IMG/VR virus record: IMGVR_UViG_3300032301_001914
Coordinates: 1-29,428 of that record
DNA from: a virus
Taxonomy: Duplodnaviria > Caudoviricetes
Direction: 5' to 3' (one strand)
Length of the DNA stretch: 29,428 nt
This document shows positions 17,687 through 25,209 of this stretch, piece by piece. A program made the position numbers and the translations under genes. Every line of letters starts with the position of its first letter. The first letter of the stretch is position 1. The notes below the pieces were generated by a model that ran no database searches, had not been told where the DNA came from, and was given only the letters and a program-made list of their open reading frames with translations.

Positions 17687-18429
17687 ACCCCAAATCCGGC
17701 CCTCCTTGCCGTCTTGCGCATGATGGCTGTAGCGGCACGTTCCAAGGCCCCGGCCTGCGCGTTAAGAGCCCATTGGACGCGTCGCTCGAGGCCTTTGACC
17801 TTGGTGACAAAGCCCACCATGTTTTCCAGACGAACCTTAATGCCTGCCCGTGTCTTGGTCACAGCGCAGCGCCCGCCGCCGGTGCCGTGGCGCGCGGTCC
17901 AGGCCGGTAGTTTTGTCCCCAGCTTGGCAGCCGATGCATTCCAGCCGGCCATGAGCAGGCCCACTTTTTTAATCACCCGTTGCTCGTAGTCTTTTTTCCG
18001 CTGCGCTAGGACTACCGCCCTAATGGCGCCTGAGGATTTTTTCCCCGAACGCACGCGACCGGCGCGCCGGCGGTTGGCGTAGTGCCATCCTTTGATGCTT
18101 GGCACTGTGATGTCCGTGGACCGCACGATCAACCTGCCACTCTTGTTCTGAAGTTCGGGCACGCCTTGGGCCCGGAGTTGTTCGAACTTTTCCAAGAGTG
18201 CGGGGCTTAGCCCGACGAAGATGTGGTTGAGGTCGCCAAGGATAATGCTTTCGCCGCGCTTCTTGGCCTCGGAGTTGAGTTTGCCGGTGGCCGGGGGTGT
18301 GACTGAGGCAGCGCGTTTGACGAAGTTGCGCGCCGCATCGGTGACCACGGTGTGAGAATCTTTGAGGGTGGCCAGCTGGTAGGTGCGAAGAGCCGTCCGC
18401 AGTTTCGAGGTATCAAAGCTGATCGTCAT
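17683..18429 (-). CDS. Basic neck/tail-completion-like protein (HK97 gp10-like by composition)
   Basis: Start moved to ATG 18429 (MTISFD); Arg/Lys-rich; VTPP..G and GL..AGW blocks. Confidence 0.6.
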   Translation of the reverse strand: MTISFDTSKLRTALRTYQLATLKDSHTVVTDAARNFVKRAASVTPPATGKLNSEAKKRGESIILGDLNHIFVGLSPALLEKFEQLRAQGVPELQNKSGRLIVRSTDITVPSIKGWHYANRRRAGRVRSGKKSSGAIRAVVLAQRKKDYEQRVIKKVGLLMAGWNASAAKLGTKLPAWTARHGTGGGRCAVTKTRAGIKVRLENMVGFVTKVKGLERRVQWALNAQAGALERAATAIMRKTARRAGFGV

Positions 18430-18649
18430 CTTCTTCGGCTGCGGCGTCAAAGAACTGGCGGATGGGAGCCAGGCTGCGCTCGTTGACGGCTTTGCGCCTC
18501 ACGGTCCAGACATCGTTGGCCCGCAGGTTGGCGTGTTCGTAGGCCAAGAGCCGCACCAGCGGCAGTTGCCAGATAATGAAGGACTCCGACCATCCGGTGG
18601 CTTTGGCCAGCATGAAGACGCGCGAGGCGATCCATGCTGGCTCTACGAG
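18413..18649 (-). CDS. Tail assembly chaperone C-terminal extension (gpT-like), reached by -1 frameshift
   Basis: -1 frame open from the slippery site: LVEPAWIASRVFMLAKATGWSESFIIWQLPL... Confidence 0.68.
   Translation of the reverse strand, partial: LVEPAWIASRVFMLAKATGWSESFIIWQLPLVRLLAYEHANLRANDVWTVRRKAVNERSLAPIRQFFDAAAEEDDDQL
18445..18450 (-). promoter_or_regulatory. TTGACG motif variant, 15 nt before ATG 18429
   Basis: TTTGACGCCGCAGCCGAAGAAG-ATG. Confidence 0.45.
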
Positions 18650-19080
18650 TTTGGGGGCGGGGATTCCTCTTTAGCGCCCGCGGGCGTGGGCTTGGATTCC
18701 ACCTCAAATTTGACCGCCGCGAGCATCTGGCGGCTTTGTTCTAAAGCGGCCTTGGCGCCCAAGAGCACGGCATAGGGAAGCGAATCGCCCCACTCGAGAA
18801 CGGCCGACGACCATAGGGATGGGTTTAAGGCCATGCGTCGCACTTTGGAGAGGTCGGCGCAGTGGATGTAGAGAAAGGCCAAGAGTTCAAACTCGGCTAA
18901 GGCTCCGGTGTCCTTGTCCTCGATGAGCGCGCGATACACTTGGTTGTTGGTCAGAACGCAGATCGAGGCACTCCCGCCGGTGAGGGGGCGCATGGTGATG
19001 TTCTCGCCCAAGGTAGCTCCTTCAGGCTCCACCACGGCGGACATGGCTGCCGCCTCTCTGGCCATGTCTTCAGCGTCCAT
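18643..19080 (-). CDS. Tail assembly chaperone (gpG-like)
   Basis: About 145 aa, ITMRPLT motif, between tube-like genes and tape measure, ends in a slippery heptamer; start uncertain (19113/19080/19065). Confidence 0.68.
   Translation of the reverse strand: MDAEDMAREAAAMSAVVEPEGATLGENITMRPLTGGSASICVLTNNQVYRALIEDKDTGALAEFELLAFLYIHCADLSKVRRMALNPSLWSSAVLEWGDSLPYAVLLGAKAALEQSRQMLAAVKFEVESKPTPAGAKEESPPPNS
18649..18655 (-). other. -1 ribosomal slippery heptamer C CCA AAC
   Basis: X XXY YYZ in the correct phase, one sense codon before the TAG stop. Confidence 0.7.
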
Positions 19081-19597
19081 AGACCTCCCGGCAAATGACT
19101 TCGATTTCTTCATGCGAGAACCCCGCCCTTTGCAAAAGTCGTCGGCCATTGGCTTGGTCGCCGCCCATGACGAGGTAAGCGGTGGAGCGTCCGCGCGGGA
19201 AGGCCACCAGAGGGCGCTTTTCTTTGATGCTGCGGACCAGACGGCGGAAGGCTTCGATGGCCTGGGCCATGTAGCTGATCGGGTGGTCCGGATTGGCTTG
19301 CTGCCATGCCGTGTCCTTCATGCGGCGGATCACCTCGCCAGTGGTGAGAGTCTCGGCCGGAAAGTCGGGCCGGAATTCAACGGCCGTCTCAGCCAGGTTC
19401 CATGCCGTGATCGTGCGGGTGTCGTCACTGGCCGTATCGATGATGCGATTAAAGTCGTGAATGGCCACTCCGGCAACGGCTGCACCAGCCACGGCCGCCG
19501 TGTCAGCGCTGGCAATGGCGGCTTTGCGCGATGATGACTCGTCCTTGGTCGCCGGGATCGTCTGTTTGACGATGTGGTAAACGGTTTTGTCGTGCAC
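19070..19597 (-). CDS. Hypothetical protein in the tail module
   Basis: 175 aa, GTG start, fills the gap between tube-like genes and chaperone. Confidence 0.65.
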   Translation of the reverse strand: MHDKTVYHIVKQTIPATKDESSSRKAAIASADTAAVAGAAVAGVAIHDFNRIIDTASDDTRTITAWNLAETAVEFRPDFPAETLTTGEVIRRMKDTAWQQANPDHPISYMAQAIEAFRRLVRSIKEKRPLVAFPRGRSTAYLVMGGDQANGRRLLQRAGFSHEEIEVICREVYGR

Positions 19598-19625
19598 TGG
19601 GTAAATGAGTGGCCCTTAGCCGGGC

Positions 19626-19952
19626 TTAAATGGCGCCTGGCGCGTTTTGGAAGCTGACGCTGGTTTCGTCGAAGTTGTCTTGGTTGCGGCTATGGGTTGT
19701 CTCGGTGACGATGGTCTTGCCCCCGGAGACAAGCGAAACGGCCGTCGAAAGATTGCCGCCCACCTCGTCGCCGCTGGTGCCAAGGATGGTGATGCTGCCC
19801 GAGATCATGGGATCGAAAGAATTGGCCACGGCAAATCCGCCATCCTTGTTCTTGCGCACGACCTCGCTGAGGCTTTGTTCGACTTCGAGGCTTTGCACCA
19901 TCATGTCGCTGGCGCTGGAGACACCGATGTCGAGTGAGGCTGAAATTGGCAT
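19626..19952 (-). CDS. Putative minimal tail tube protein, copy 2
   Basis: 108 aa, beta-rich; aligns by eye with 19965..20285; position before chaperone. Confidence 0.6.
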   Translation of the reverse strand: MPISASLDIGVSSASDMMVQSLEVEQSLSEVVRKNKDGGFAVANSFDPMISGSITILGTSGDEVGGNLSTAVSLVSGGKTIVTETTHSRNQDNFDETSVSFQNAPGAI

Positions 19953-19964
19953 GGCGGTGGTCGC

Positions 19965-20285
19965 TTAGGTGGAGGCGAATCCTTTGAAGGTGACCGAGCC
20001 TTCGGGTGCGCCTTCGTTGGATTCCGTGATCTTGGCGCTGATCATTTTGAGTGTGCCCTCGGCAAAGGCGCCGGCGGCCACGGCGGCCAGGGAAGGAGAC
20101 CCGATCACATCGAGGGTGACCTCGGTTGTCTTAAGTTTGCCCGGGATGAGCTTTTTGGTGACTCCGGTCTCGTCGCGATACTGGTAGGTCTCGACCGACT
20201 CTTTGATGCTGGCGGTCTTTACCGCCGTGTTGGCTGGGGCGGTAGCGCCAGTGGGCAGGGTTCCGACTCCAAAAGTTGCAGCCAT
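19965..20285 (-). CDS. Putative minimal tail tube protein, copy 1
   Basis: 106 aa, Thr/Gly-rich, D-x-x-G hairpin, C-terminal SVTF strand. Confidence 0.6.
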   Translation of the reverse strand: MAATFGVGTLPTGATAPANTAVKTASIKESVETYQYRDETGVTKKLIPGKLKTTEVTLDVIGSPSLAAVAAGAFAEGTLKMISAKITESNEGAPEGSVTFKGFAST

Positions 20286-20299
20286 GACGTGAGGTGGGG

Positions 20300-20305
20300 T
20301 GTCAA
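20300..20305 (-). promoter_or_regulatory. TTGACA motif, 14 nt before ATG 20285
   Basis: AAGTTGACACCCCACCTCACGTC-ATG. Confidence 0.6.
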
Positions 20306-20306
20306 C

Positions 20307-20543
20307 TTACTGCTCGACTGGCTCGAGTGGTTCCTGGATCTCCTCGGTCTCGTCCTCGGGTTCGCGGCAGACAAAGCGGTCGGTAACACCTCGACGCGAC
20401 CAAATTTCCGTCATGCCCGGTGCGGCCTTTTTGTCGGCCATGGTTTGGGCAAGGCGCTTGCGGGCCTCGGTGATTGGTTCCGGCCCGGCCACCACGCGGG
20501 AGGCTCCGTCCGGATCGATAAAAAGTGTGACTGCTTCGTCCAT
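20307..20543 (-). CDS. Hypothetical small protein with acidic C-terminus
   Basis: ATG 20543 (MDEAVT), 78 aa, preceded by the motif. Confidence 0.62.
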   Translation of the reverse strand: MDEAVTLFIDPDGASRVVAGPEPITEARKRLAQTMADKKAAPGMTEIWSRRGVTDRFVCREPEDETEEIQEPLEPVEQ

Positions 20544-20557
20544 GGCCAAGGCGGTGG

Positions 20558-20563
20558 TGTCAA
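20558..20563 (-). promoter_or_regulatory. TTGACA motif, 14 nt before ATG 20543
   Basis: AATTGACACCACCGCCTTGGCC-ATG; TGA is the upstream stop codon. Confidence 0.6.
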
Positions 20564-20937
20564 TTCTCAGCGCAAAACCCGACCACGATGTTTTCGCGGC
20601 TTAGCCAGTAGCTCTCCTCAGTCTCCTTGTTGCTCTCGGCCCGCCAATGGCCTCGCAATCTAGAGTCCGAGGGAGGAGTGGTCAGCGCTTGCGACAGTTG
20701 CTCCCAGTGCGAGGAATGCGTCGCAGCGGGTTGGTCCATGGCGTGGGTACGCAGTAGCACGGCCAGGGTGCCGCGGAAGTAGGGGCCGGCTACCCGCTGG
20801 CACTCGTCGCAGACCACCACGACAAAGGAATCCTGCTGCGGAAGTTGGGCCGAGGAGAGGCCGGCAAAGACCGGAATCGAGAGTTCCTGTCTCAGATAGT
20901 CGGCGTAGATTGTCTCGATCGTCGCCGCCGGGCTCAT
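20560..20937 (-). CDS. Putative tail terminator/connector protein
   Basis: 125 aa; position after the head-closure-like gene; ATGA overlap. Confidence 0.55.
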   Translation of the reverse strand: MSPAATIETIYADYLRQELSIPVFAGLSSAQLPQQDSFVVVVCDECQRVAGPYFRGTLAVLLRTHAMDQPAATHSSHWEQLSQALTTPPSDSRLRGHWRAESNKETEESYWLSRENIVVGFCAEN

Positions 20938-21239
20938 ATTGGCTCCACGGTTAGAACAACAACTGGGTGCGGCGGGCGACTAACCAGGCGGATCACGCGG
21001 TAGGTCTGCCCGTCAAAGACCAGGTGAGCGCCGACCATCAACCTGGCCGCAAGCCAATCGGTGCGCAGCATTTTAACGGTGAAATTTCCCGCACTGTTGA
21101 AGCCGCCTGATTCAAGTTCCAGGGCTAGTTCTGGTTCAGCGATCAGCGCTCGGTACTCGGTGTTGCCGATGGTGATTGTTTTGGCGAAGTCGTCGAAGAC
21201 GGATCCGAGGTCTGAAGCCATTTGCTCAAAGACGGTCAC
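20934..21239 (-). CDS. Head-tail joining (gpFII-like head closure) protein
   Basis: 101 aa; F..DF..TITI...G..L..DGQTYRV pattern; directly after capsid. Confidence 0.65.
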   Translation of the reverse strand: MTVFEQMASDLGSVFDDFAKTITIGNTEYRALIAEPELALELESGGFNSAGNFTVKMLRTDWLAARLMVGAHLVFDGQTYRVIRLVSRPPHPVVVLTVEPI

Positions 21240-21253
21240 GCCCTGAGAAGATG

Positions 21254-21259
21254 TGTCAA
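21254..21259 (-). promoter_or_regulatory. TTGACA motif, 14 nt before GTG 21239; overlaps the terminator U-tract
   Basis: CTTTTTGACACATCTTCTCAGGGC-GTG. Confidence 0.6.
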
Positions 21260-21298
21260 AAAGCAGAAAGCCCCTCCCGCGTTTCCACGAGAGGGGCT
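21258..21298 (-). terminator. Rho-independent terminator after the major capsid gene
   Basis: AGCCCCTCTCGTG-GAAA-CGCGGGAGGGGCT: 13-bp stem (2 G:U), GNRA loop, then TTCTGCTTTTT. Confidence 0.82.
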
Positions 21299-21318
21299 GC
21301 CGCTGTTGCCGGACCCAA

Positions 21319-22215
21319 TTAGGAAGGTTTGACCAGGCGCCGGATGCCCTGGCTCATCGCCGCCCTGAAGCCGTAGAGACATTCGACGGTGACGAAGATT
21401 CGGTTGGAGCTGGTCTCCGTGTAGCGAAGGTAGCCGAAGGTGAGACCGGTCTCGGGATCGGTAACTGCGCCGGCCTCTTCGTACTCGGCTACGGGCACCA
21501 GGTAGCGCATGGCGATGGCCATACCGCTGGGGTGCGCCGCAAAGCCGACCAGATCCTCGCCGTTGTCGGGCAGGATGGTGGACGGAAACACGTCGAAGCC
21601 TGCGATGCGCCGCAACTGGGCCTCGATCACGCCCGGTTGCGAGAGTGGGAGGATAAAGCTCTTCGAGACAACATCGTCGGTGAGCAAGTTGGTGTAGTAA
21701 GCGTCATCAAGGACGAGGGCCCGGTCGGTGATAGGCATCTTGACCACACTACAGGCCTCGCGAATTTCGAGTGTCTTGCGGTAGTTAAAATCGGTGGCCG
21801 CCACCGGCGGAATTGCTGAAGTGCCGTAATTCGCTGCTGTAATCTCGGAGAGAACGTCCTTGAGAACATCTTCGGCCAACTGCTTGACCGCCGCAGCTAC
21901 CAAGTTGTCCAGGATGGGCAGGGCCGTCTCAGCCGCCTCGCGCGCCGTCACGTGAACCGTCTTGTATTTGTGACGGTTGAGGACGACGGGGATTACCGTG
22001 ATGGTCGAATCGGCGTTGAGGGTGTAGTTGCCAGCGAAGTCGCTGGATTGGCTCGGGGCACCGATGACCGGGACACGCACGGTGTCGAGCTTGTCGGCCG
22101 GTTCGGGGCTGAAGTTGGTCGAGAAGGCGCGCAGGGTAGTTAGCCCTGACATGAACGGCTGGAGCGCGTTCTGCGCGACCTTGATGTCTCTGACGTTGGT
22201 GAGGATGTTTGCCAT
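21319..22215 (-). CDS. Major capsid protein (HK97 fold expected)
   Basis: 298 aa after protease/scaffold; DTVRVP, R.LV, I.GF.V, LYG motifs common in capsid proteins; followed by a strong terminator. Confidence 0.82.
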   Translation of the reverse strand: MANILTNVRDIKVAQNALQPFMSGLTTLRAFSTNFSPEPADKLDTVRVPVIGAPSQSSDFAGNYTLNADSTITVIPVVLNRHKYKTVHVTAREAAETALPILDNLVAAAVKQLAEDVLKDVLSEITAANYGTSAIPPVAATDFNYRKTLEIREACSVVKMPITDRALVLDDAYYTNLLTDDVVSKSFILPLSQPGVIEAQLRRIAGFDVFPSTILPDNGEDLVGFAAHPSGMAIAMRYLVPVAEYEEAGAVTDPETGLTFGYLRYTETSSNRIFVTVECLYGFRAAMSQGIRRLVKPS

Positions 22216-22220
22216 GGTGT

Positions 22221-22697
22221 TTACTTGTTAGAGGCTGCGAGGATGGTCGCCTTTTGTTGCGAGGTGAGTTGGCGCCAGAAGGCGGTTTGCTCAGCGGGAT
22301 CGCTGATAGCGGCGAATTGTTCGGCCAGCTTGGGCACGTGCGGCTCGGCCGTGGCGGTGACATTGGCCGGGGCCTGATTACCGGTCTCGGCTACGATTTC
22401 GGCGGCACGGGCCGCGGCGCGTTTTTCGAGATCCTGCTCATGGGCCTCGATGTCTTTGTTCCGGTTGGAGAGCGATTCGATCGTCTGGCGGGCGGTGGCT
22501 AGGTCGCTGGCCAGTTGTCCGCGCTCGGCGCTCACGGCCGCAAGCTCCTGCGAGAGGGCCTCGGACTTGGAACTAAGAGCGGTGATTTGTTCGTTGGCCT
22601 CGGTCAGGAGCGAATCCTGTGCCTTGGCGTCTTCGGTGATTTTGGCCAGGGAAGCTTGTGCTTCGGCCAATTCGGTTTCGAGTATGGTCGTGTCCAT
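22221..22697 (-). CDS. Nested in-frame scaffolding protein (lambda Nu3-like), 158 aa
   Basis: Internal ATG (MDTTILETEL) at the protease/coiled-coil boundary, with TTGACA 14 nt upstream. Confidence 0.65.
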   Translation of the reverse strand: MDTTILETELAEAQASLAKITEDAKAQDSLLTEANEQITALSSKSEALSQELAAVSAERGQLASDLATARQTIESLSNRNKDIEAHEQDLEKRAAARAAEIVAETGNQAPANVTATAEPHVPKLAEQFAAISDPAEQTAFWRQLTSQQKATILAASNK

Positions 22698-23519
22698 GGT
22701 CTGCGCGGCGGTGTCAACTTCGCGCACGTGCAACTCGCGTAGCCGGGCCATGACCTGGGCCTTTCCATCGACCACGCCGGCTAGGTTCAGACGCATGGCG
22801 CGGCGGCCGCTGAAGGTTTGTCCTTCCATGGCCTCGTCAGGGATCTTGCGCCCACGATAAAGCACTGCTGACCGGAAATCGGCGGCGATGTCCTCGACCT
22901 CGTTTTGCAGATAGTCTTTTTGTTCTTCGGTCAGCGAGGTGCCAGGTGTGCCGGCGCTTTTGAATTTGCCGGCGGCGAAAACTTCCATTTTGAGTCCGGC
23001 TTTGGCGAAGGCTTCGCTGGAGTCGACAACTGGCAAGATGACGCCGATAGAACCGACTCGGGCGCTGGGCGTGGCGTAGACCGCGTCGCACTGGCTGGCC
23101 ACCCAGTAGGCGGCCGAACACATCTGCCCGGCACTGAATGCATAGACCGTCTTGTCCTTTGAAGCCGCGGCAACTGCGGCTGCCAGTTCGGGAGTTCCGT
23201 TGACCGAGCCGCCGGGGCTGTCGATGTCCAAGAGGATAGCCTGTACGTCCTCCCGCTCCTTGGCTTCATGGACAGCGGCCATGACTTCCTCGGTGTCTGT
23301 GGCGCCGAAGACGAGTTGGTCGATCACGTCCGGGTTGCGCATCATTGGTCCGCGCAAAACCACGGTGCCGATGCCGCCTTCAACCGAGAGCAGATGGGAC
23401 TCAGGACGCATGGTTGTGGGAACGCCCTCTTTGAAAAACGATTGTGCCGCGCTGTAGATGACTCCGAATGCTTCGGGAGTAATCAGCCACGGCTGCTTGT
23501 GCAGCTGACTCAAGTTCAC
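22221..23519 (-). CDS. S49 (SppA/ClpP-like, lambda gpC-type) prohead protease fused to scaffold domain
   Basis: DIDSPGG, CSAAYWVAS, VGSIGV, GKFKSAG motifs; C-terminal coiled coil. Confidence 0.9.
   Translation of the reverse strand: MNLSQLHKQPWLITPEAFGVIYSAAQSFFKEGVPTTMRPESHLLSVEGGIGTVVLRGPMMRNPDVIDQLVFGATDTEEVMAAVHEAKEREDVQAILLDIDSPGGSVNGTPELAAAVAAASKDKTVYAFSAGQMCSAAYWVASQCDAVYATPSARVGSIGVILPVVDSSEAFAKAGLKMEVFAAGKFKSAGTPGTSLTEEQKDYLQNEVEDIAADFRSAVLYRGRKIPDEAMEGQTFSGRRAMRLNLAGVVDGKAQVMARLRELHVREVDTAAQTMDTTILETELAEAQASLAKITEDAKAQDSLLTEANEQITALSSKSEALSQELAAVSAERGQLASDLATARQTIESLSNRNKDIEAHEQDLEKRAAARAAEIVAETGNQAPANVTATAEPHVPKLAEQFAAISDPAEQTAFWRQLTSQQKATILAASNK
22712..22717 (-). promoter_or_regulatory. 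Intragenic TTGACA motif, 14 nt before internal ATG 22697
   Basis: AAGTTGACACCGCCGCGCAGACC-ATG. Confidence 0.6.
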
Positions 23520-23522
23520 GGC

Positions 23523-24938
23523 TCAGGCCGGGGTGTCAACTTTCACGGCTTCGCCAGCGGGCTTGTAGAGCATTTCCGGCGGCAGGCCATACTTGGCCGC
23601 AGTGTCCATGATGAGCTTTGCGTCCTGGGCCCTGCGCTCAAGTTCCTCGCGGAAATCCGCGCCGAGTTCCTGAAAGTGGTCGGTGAGGGTTTTGAGGCCC
23701 ATGTCCACGTCCGAGCGGTTTTGCTGGGCCTCGCGGCCGGCATCGACCGTGATGCGCCTTGGGGTGGTGCACGAGATCCTCCACCAATTGGGCAGAGGAG
23801 CGAGCTGCCGCTTTTCGATCGCATCGGCGATGACAAAGGCCCAGACCGGTTCGATGAGCCTTCGGATCAGGATGAGCTGCCGAAAGGAAAAGCGTCGGTC
23901 GGCCTTGGCCACAATGAGCCGCACGCCGGCCCCGCCAACAGAACTGGAATCGGCGGCAAATTCGTAGGGCAGCACGCCGAGCGCGGAGTCACGCCGCAGA
24001 TGGTTCAGAAATCCCGTGAAAGTTGGACTCGGGCGGTTGGAGACAAATGTGTCGATGGACTCGTCGGGTTGCAGGGCCACGATCTTACCGCCCATGATTT
24101 TCTGCAGGCTGGCGGGATCAGACGGAGCGGCAGTGTCGGTGGGTGTGCCCAAGGAAAAGTCCTCGGAGTCATTGAGGAGTTCGGCTCTTGCGGTCTTGAG
24201 CACACGGGCAATGTCGGCGTTGTCTTTAACGGCGTGCTTTTCCAAGGCGATGAGCTCCATCTCGTCGAGGACGTGGTTGATGGAGTGCTGGATCGTTGGC
24301 GCATTGCGCACCGAACTCGCCGACTCGGGCTCAAAGATGTGGAGGACCGACTCGGAGGCAATGTCGCGCGTGCCGAAATCTTCGAGCAGGCGGTAAAAGC
24401 GCGGCGAGCCATCCGCAGCCAGCCCGATACCATCGACTGTCTCGTCGGTTTCATCTCCGATGCGGTGAGATTCGATGAGTTGGAGTTTTGGTTGTCCGCC
24501 TTGTTTGACCTTGAGCACGAAGTATTCGCCATCGACGTCGATGCCACGGCAAATGAGCGACTGGCATTCCTCGAAGCTGAATCGGCCGGTGACCTCGCAA
24601 CGCGATGACCACCGCCGGAAATACTCCTCGGCTTGCGTGTTCCATTCGGGGCTGGAGCTTTGTGCCTGCGGCCGGATGCCGTCCCCGGTGGAGTAGATCG
24701 CCATGTTGGCCACGAGTTCACGGACGAAGCCTGAGTTGCGGTGAAGGTAGCGCGAGCGCCGGACAAGCTCGCGACGGACTCGGGGCGTGAGGTCGAGTTT
24801 TCCATCACGGGGGGCTGCCCCTGGCACGATACCGCGGCGCCGAGAGAGGTTGGCCGCATCGTAAGGAGAAGCCCACGCCTGCGGTTGGAGAACCGGCGGC
24901 AGAATGAGAGAGGCGAGTTGGCGCAGCTTGCTGATCAT
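23523..24938 (-). CDS. Portal protein, lambda family
   Basis: LVRRSRYLHRNSGF, DGEYF, LQLIE..RI, DG..L..DG.P..Y, VDAGREAQ blocks; 471 aa. Confidence 0.9.
   Translation of the reverse strand: MISKLRQLASLILPPVLQPQAWASPYDAANLSRRRGIVPGAAPRDGKLDLTPRVRRELVRRSRYLHRNSGFVRELVANMAIYSTGDGIRPQAQSSSPEWNTQAEEYFRRWSSRCEVTGRFSFEECQSLICRGIDVDGEYFVLKVKQGGQPKLQLIESHRIGDETDETVDGIGLAADGSPRFYRLLEDFGTRDIASESVLHIFEPESASSVRNAPTIQHSINHVLDEMELIALEKHAVKDNADIARVLKTARAELLNDSEDFSLGTPTDTAAPSDPASLQKIMGGKIVALQPDESIDTFVSNRPSPTFTGFLNHLRRDSALGVLPYEFAADSSSVGGAGVRLIVAKADRRFSFRQLILIRRLIEPVWAFVIADAIEKRQLAPLPNWWRISCTTPRRITVDAGREAQQNRSDVDMGLKTLTDHFQELGADFREELERRAQDAKLIMDTAAKYGLPPEMLYKPAGEAVKVDTPA
23534..23539 (-). promoter_or_regulatory. 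TTGACA motif, 14 nt before GTG 23519 (inside portal 3' end)
   Basis: AAAGTTGACACCCCGGCCTGAGCC-GTG. Confidence 0.6.
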
Positions 24939-25186
24939 CGGTCAATAAAGGCGATGCGGGATTGCCCGATGCGGGCGGCGGGTGGGTAGGAGGCGGGGGC
25001 GAGCTTACGCAAGGCTGACTGGCAGGCCGCGATCACCGTATGAATTTCGTCGATGCGGCGCTTGGTGGCCGATGAACCCGAGTCGGACCAACTGGCTAGA
25101 GTCTTGGTCAGCTCCGCCTTGTGGACGGAGAGGATTTCCTCCACCTCCGCGCGGGTGAACCCAATGGTGTAGTCGACAGTGGCCAC
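24935..25186 (-). CDS. Head-to-tail adaptor, lambda gpW-like
   Basis: 83 aa directly before portal; helix - SWSDSGSSAT hairpin - helix layout. Confidence 0.6.
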   Translation of the reverse strand: MATVDYTIGFTRAEVEEILSVHKAELTKTLASWSDSGSSATKRRIDEIHTVIAACQSALRKLAPASYPPAARIGQSRIAFIDR

Positions 25187-25203
25187 CTTGTCCGCAGGGG
25201 TAG

Positions 25204-25209
25204 TGTCAA
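25204..25209 (-). promoter_or_regulatory. TTGACA motif, 17 nt before GTG 25186
   Basis: CTTTGACACTACCCCTGCGGACAAG-GTG; TGA is the endolysin stop. Confidence 0.58.

Noticed and set aside
18447-18707. 86-aa ORF as the chaperone extension
   Set aside because: Wrong frame for the -1 slip and Arg/Pro-rich shadow composition; 18413..18649 fits better
19626-25186. Gene transfer agent or contractile injection system interpretation
   Set aside because: Integrase, excisionase-like gene, both terminase subunits and a long tape measure point to a temperate phage; no sheath or baseplate wedge genes seen
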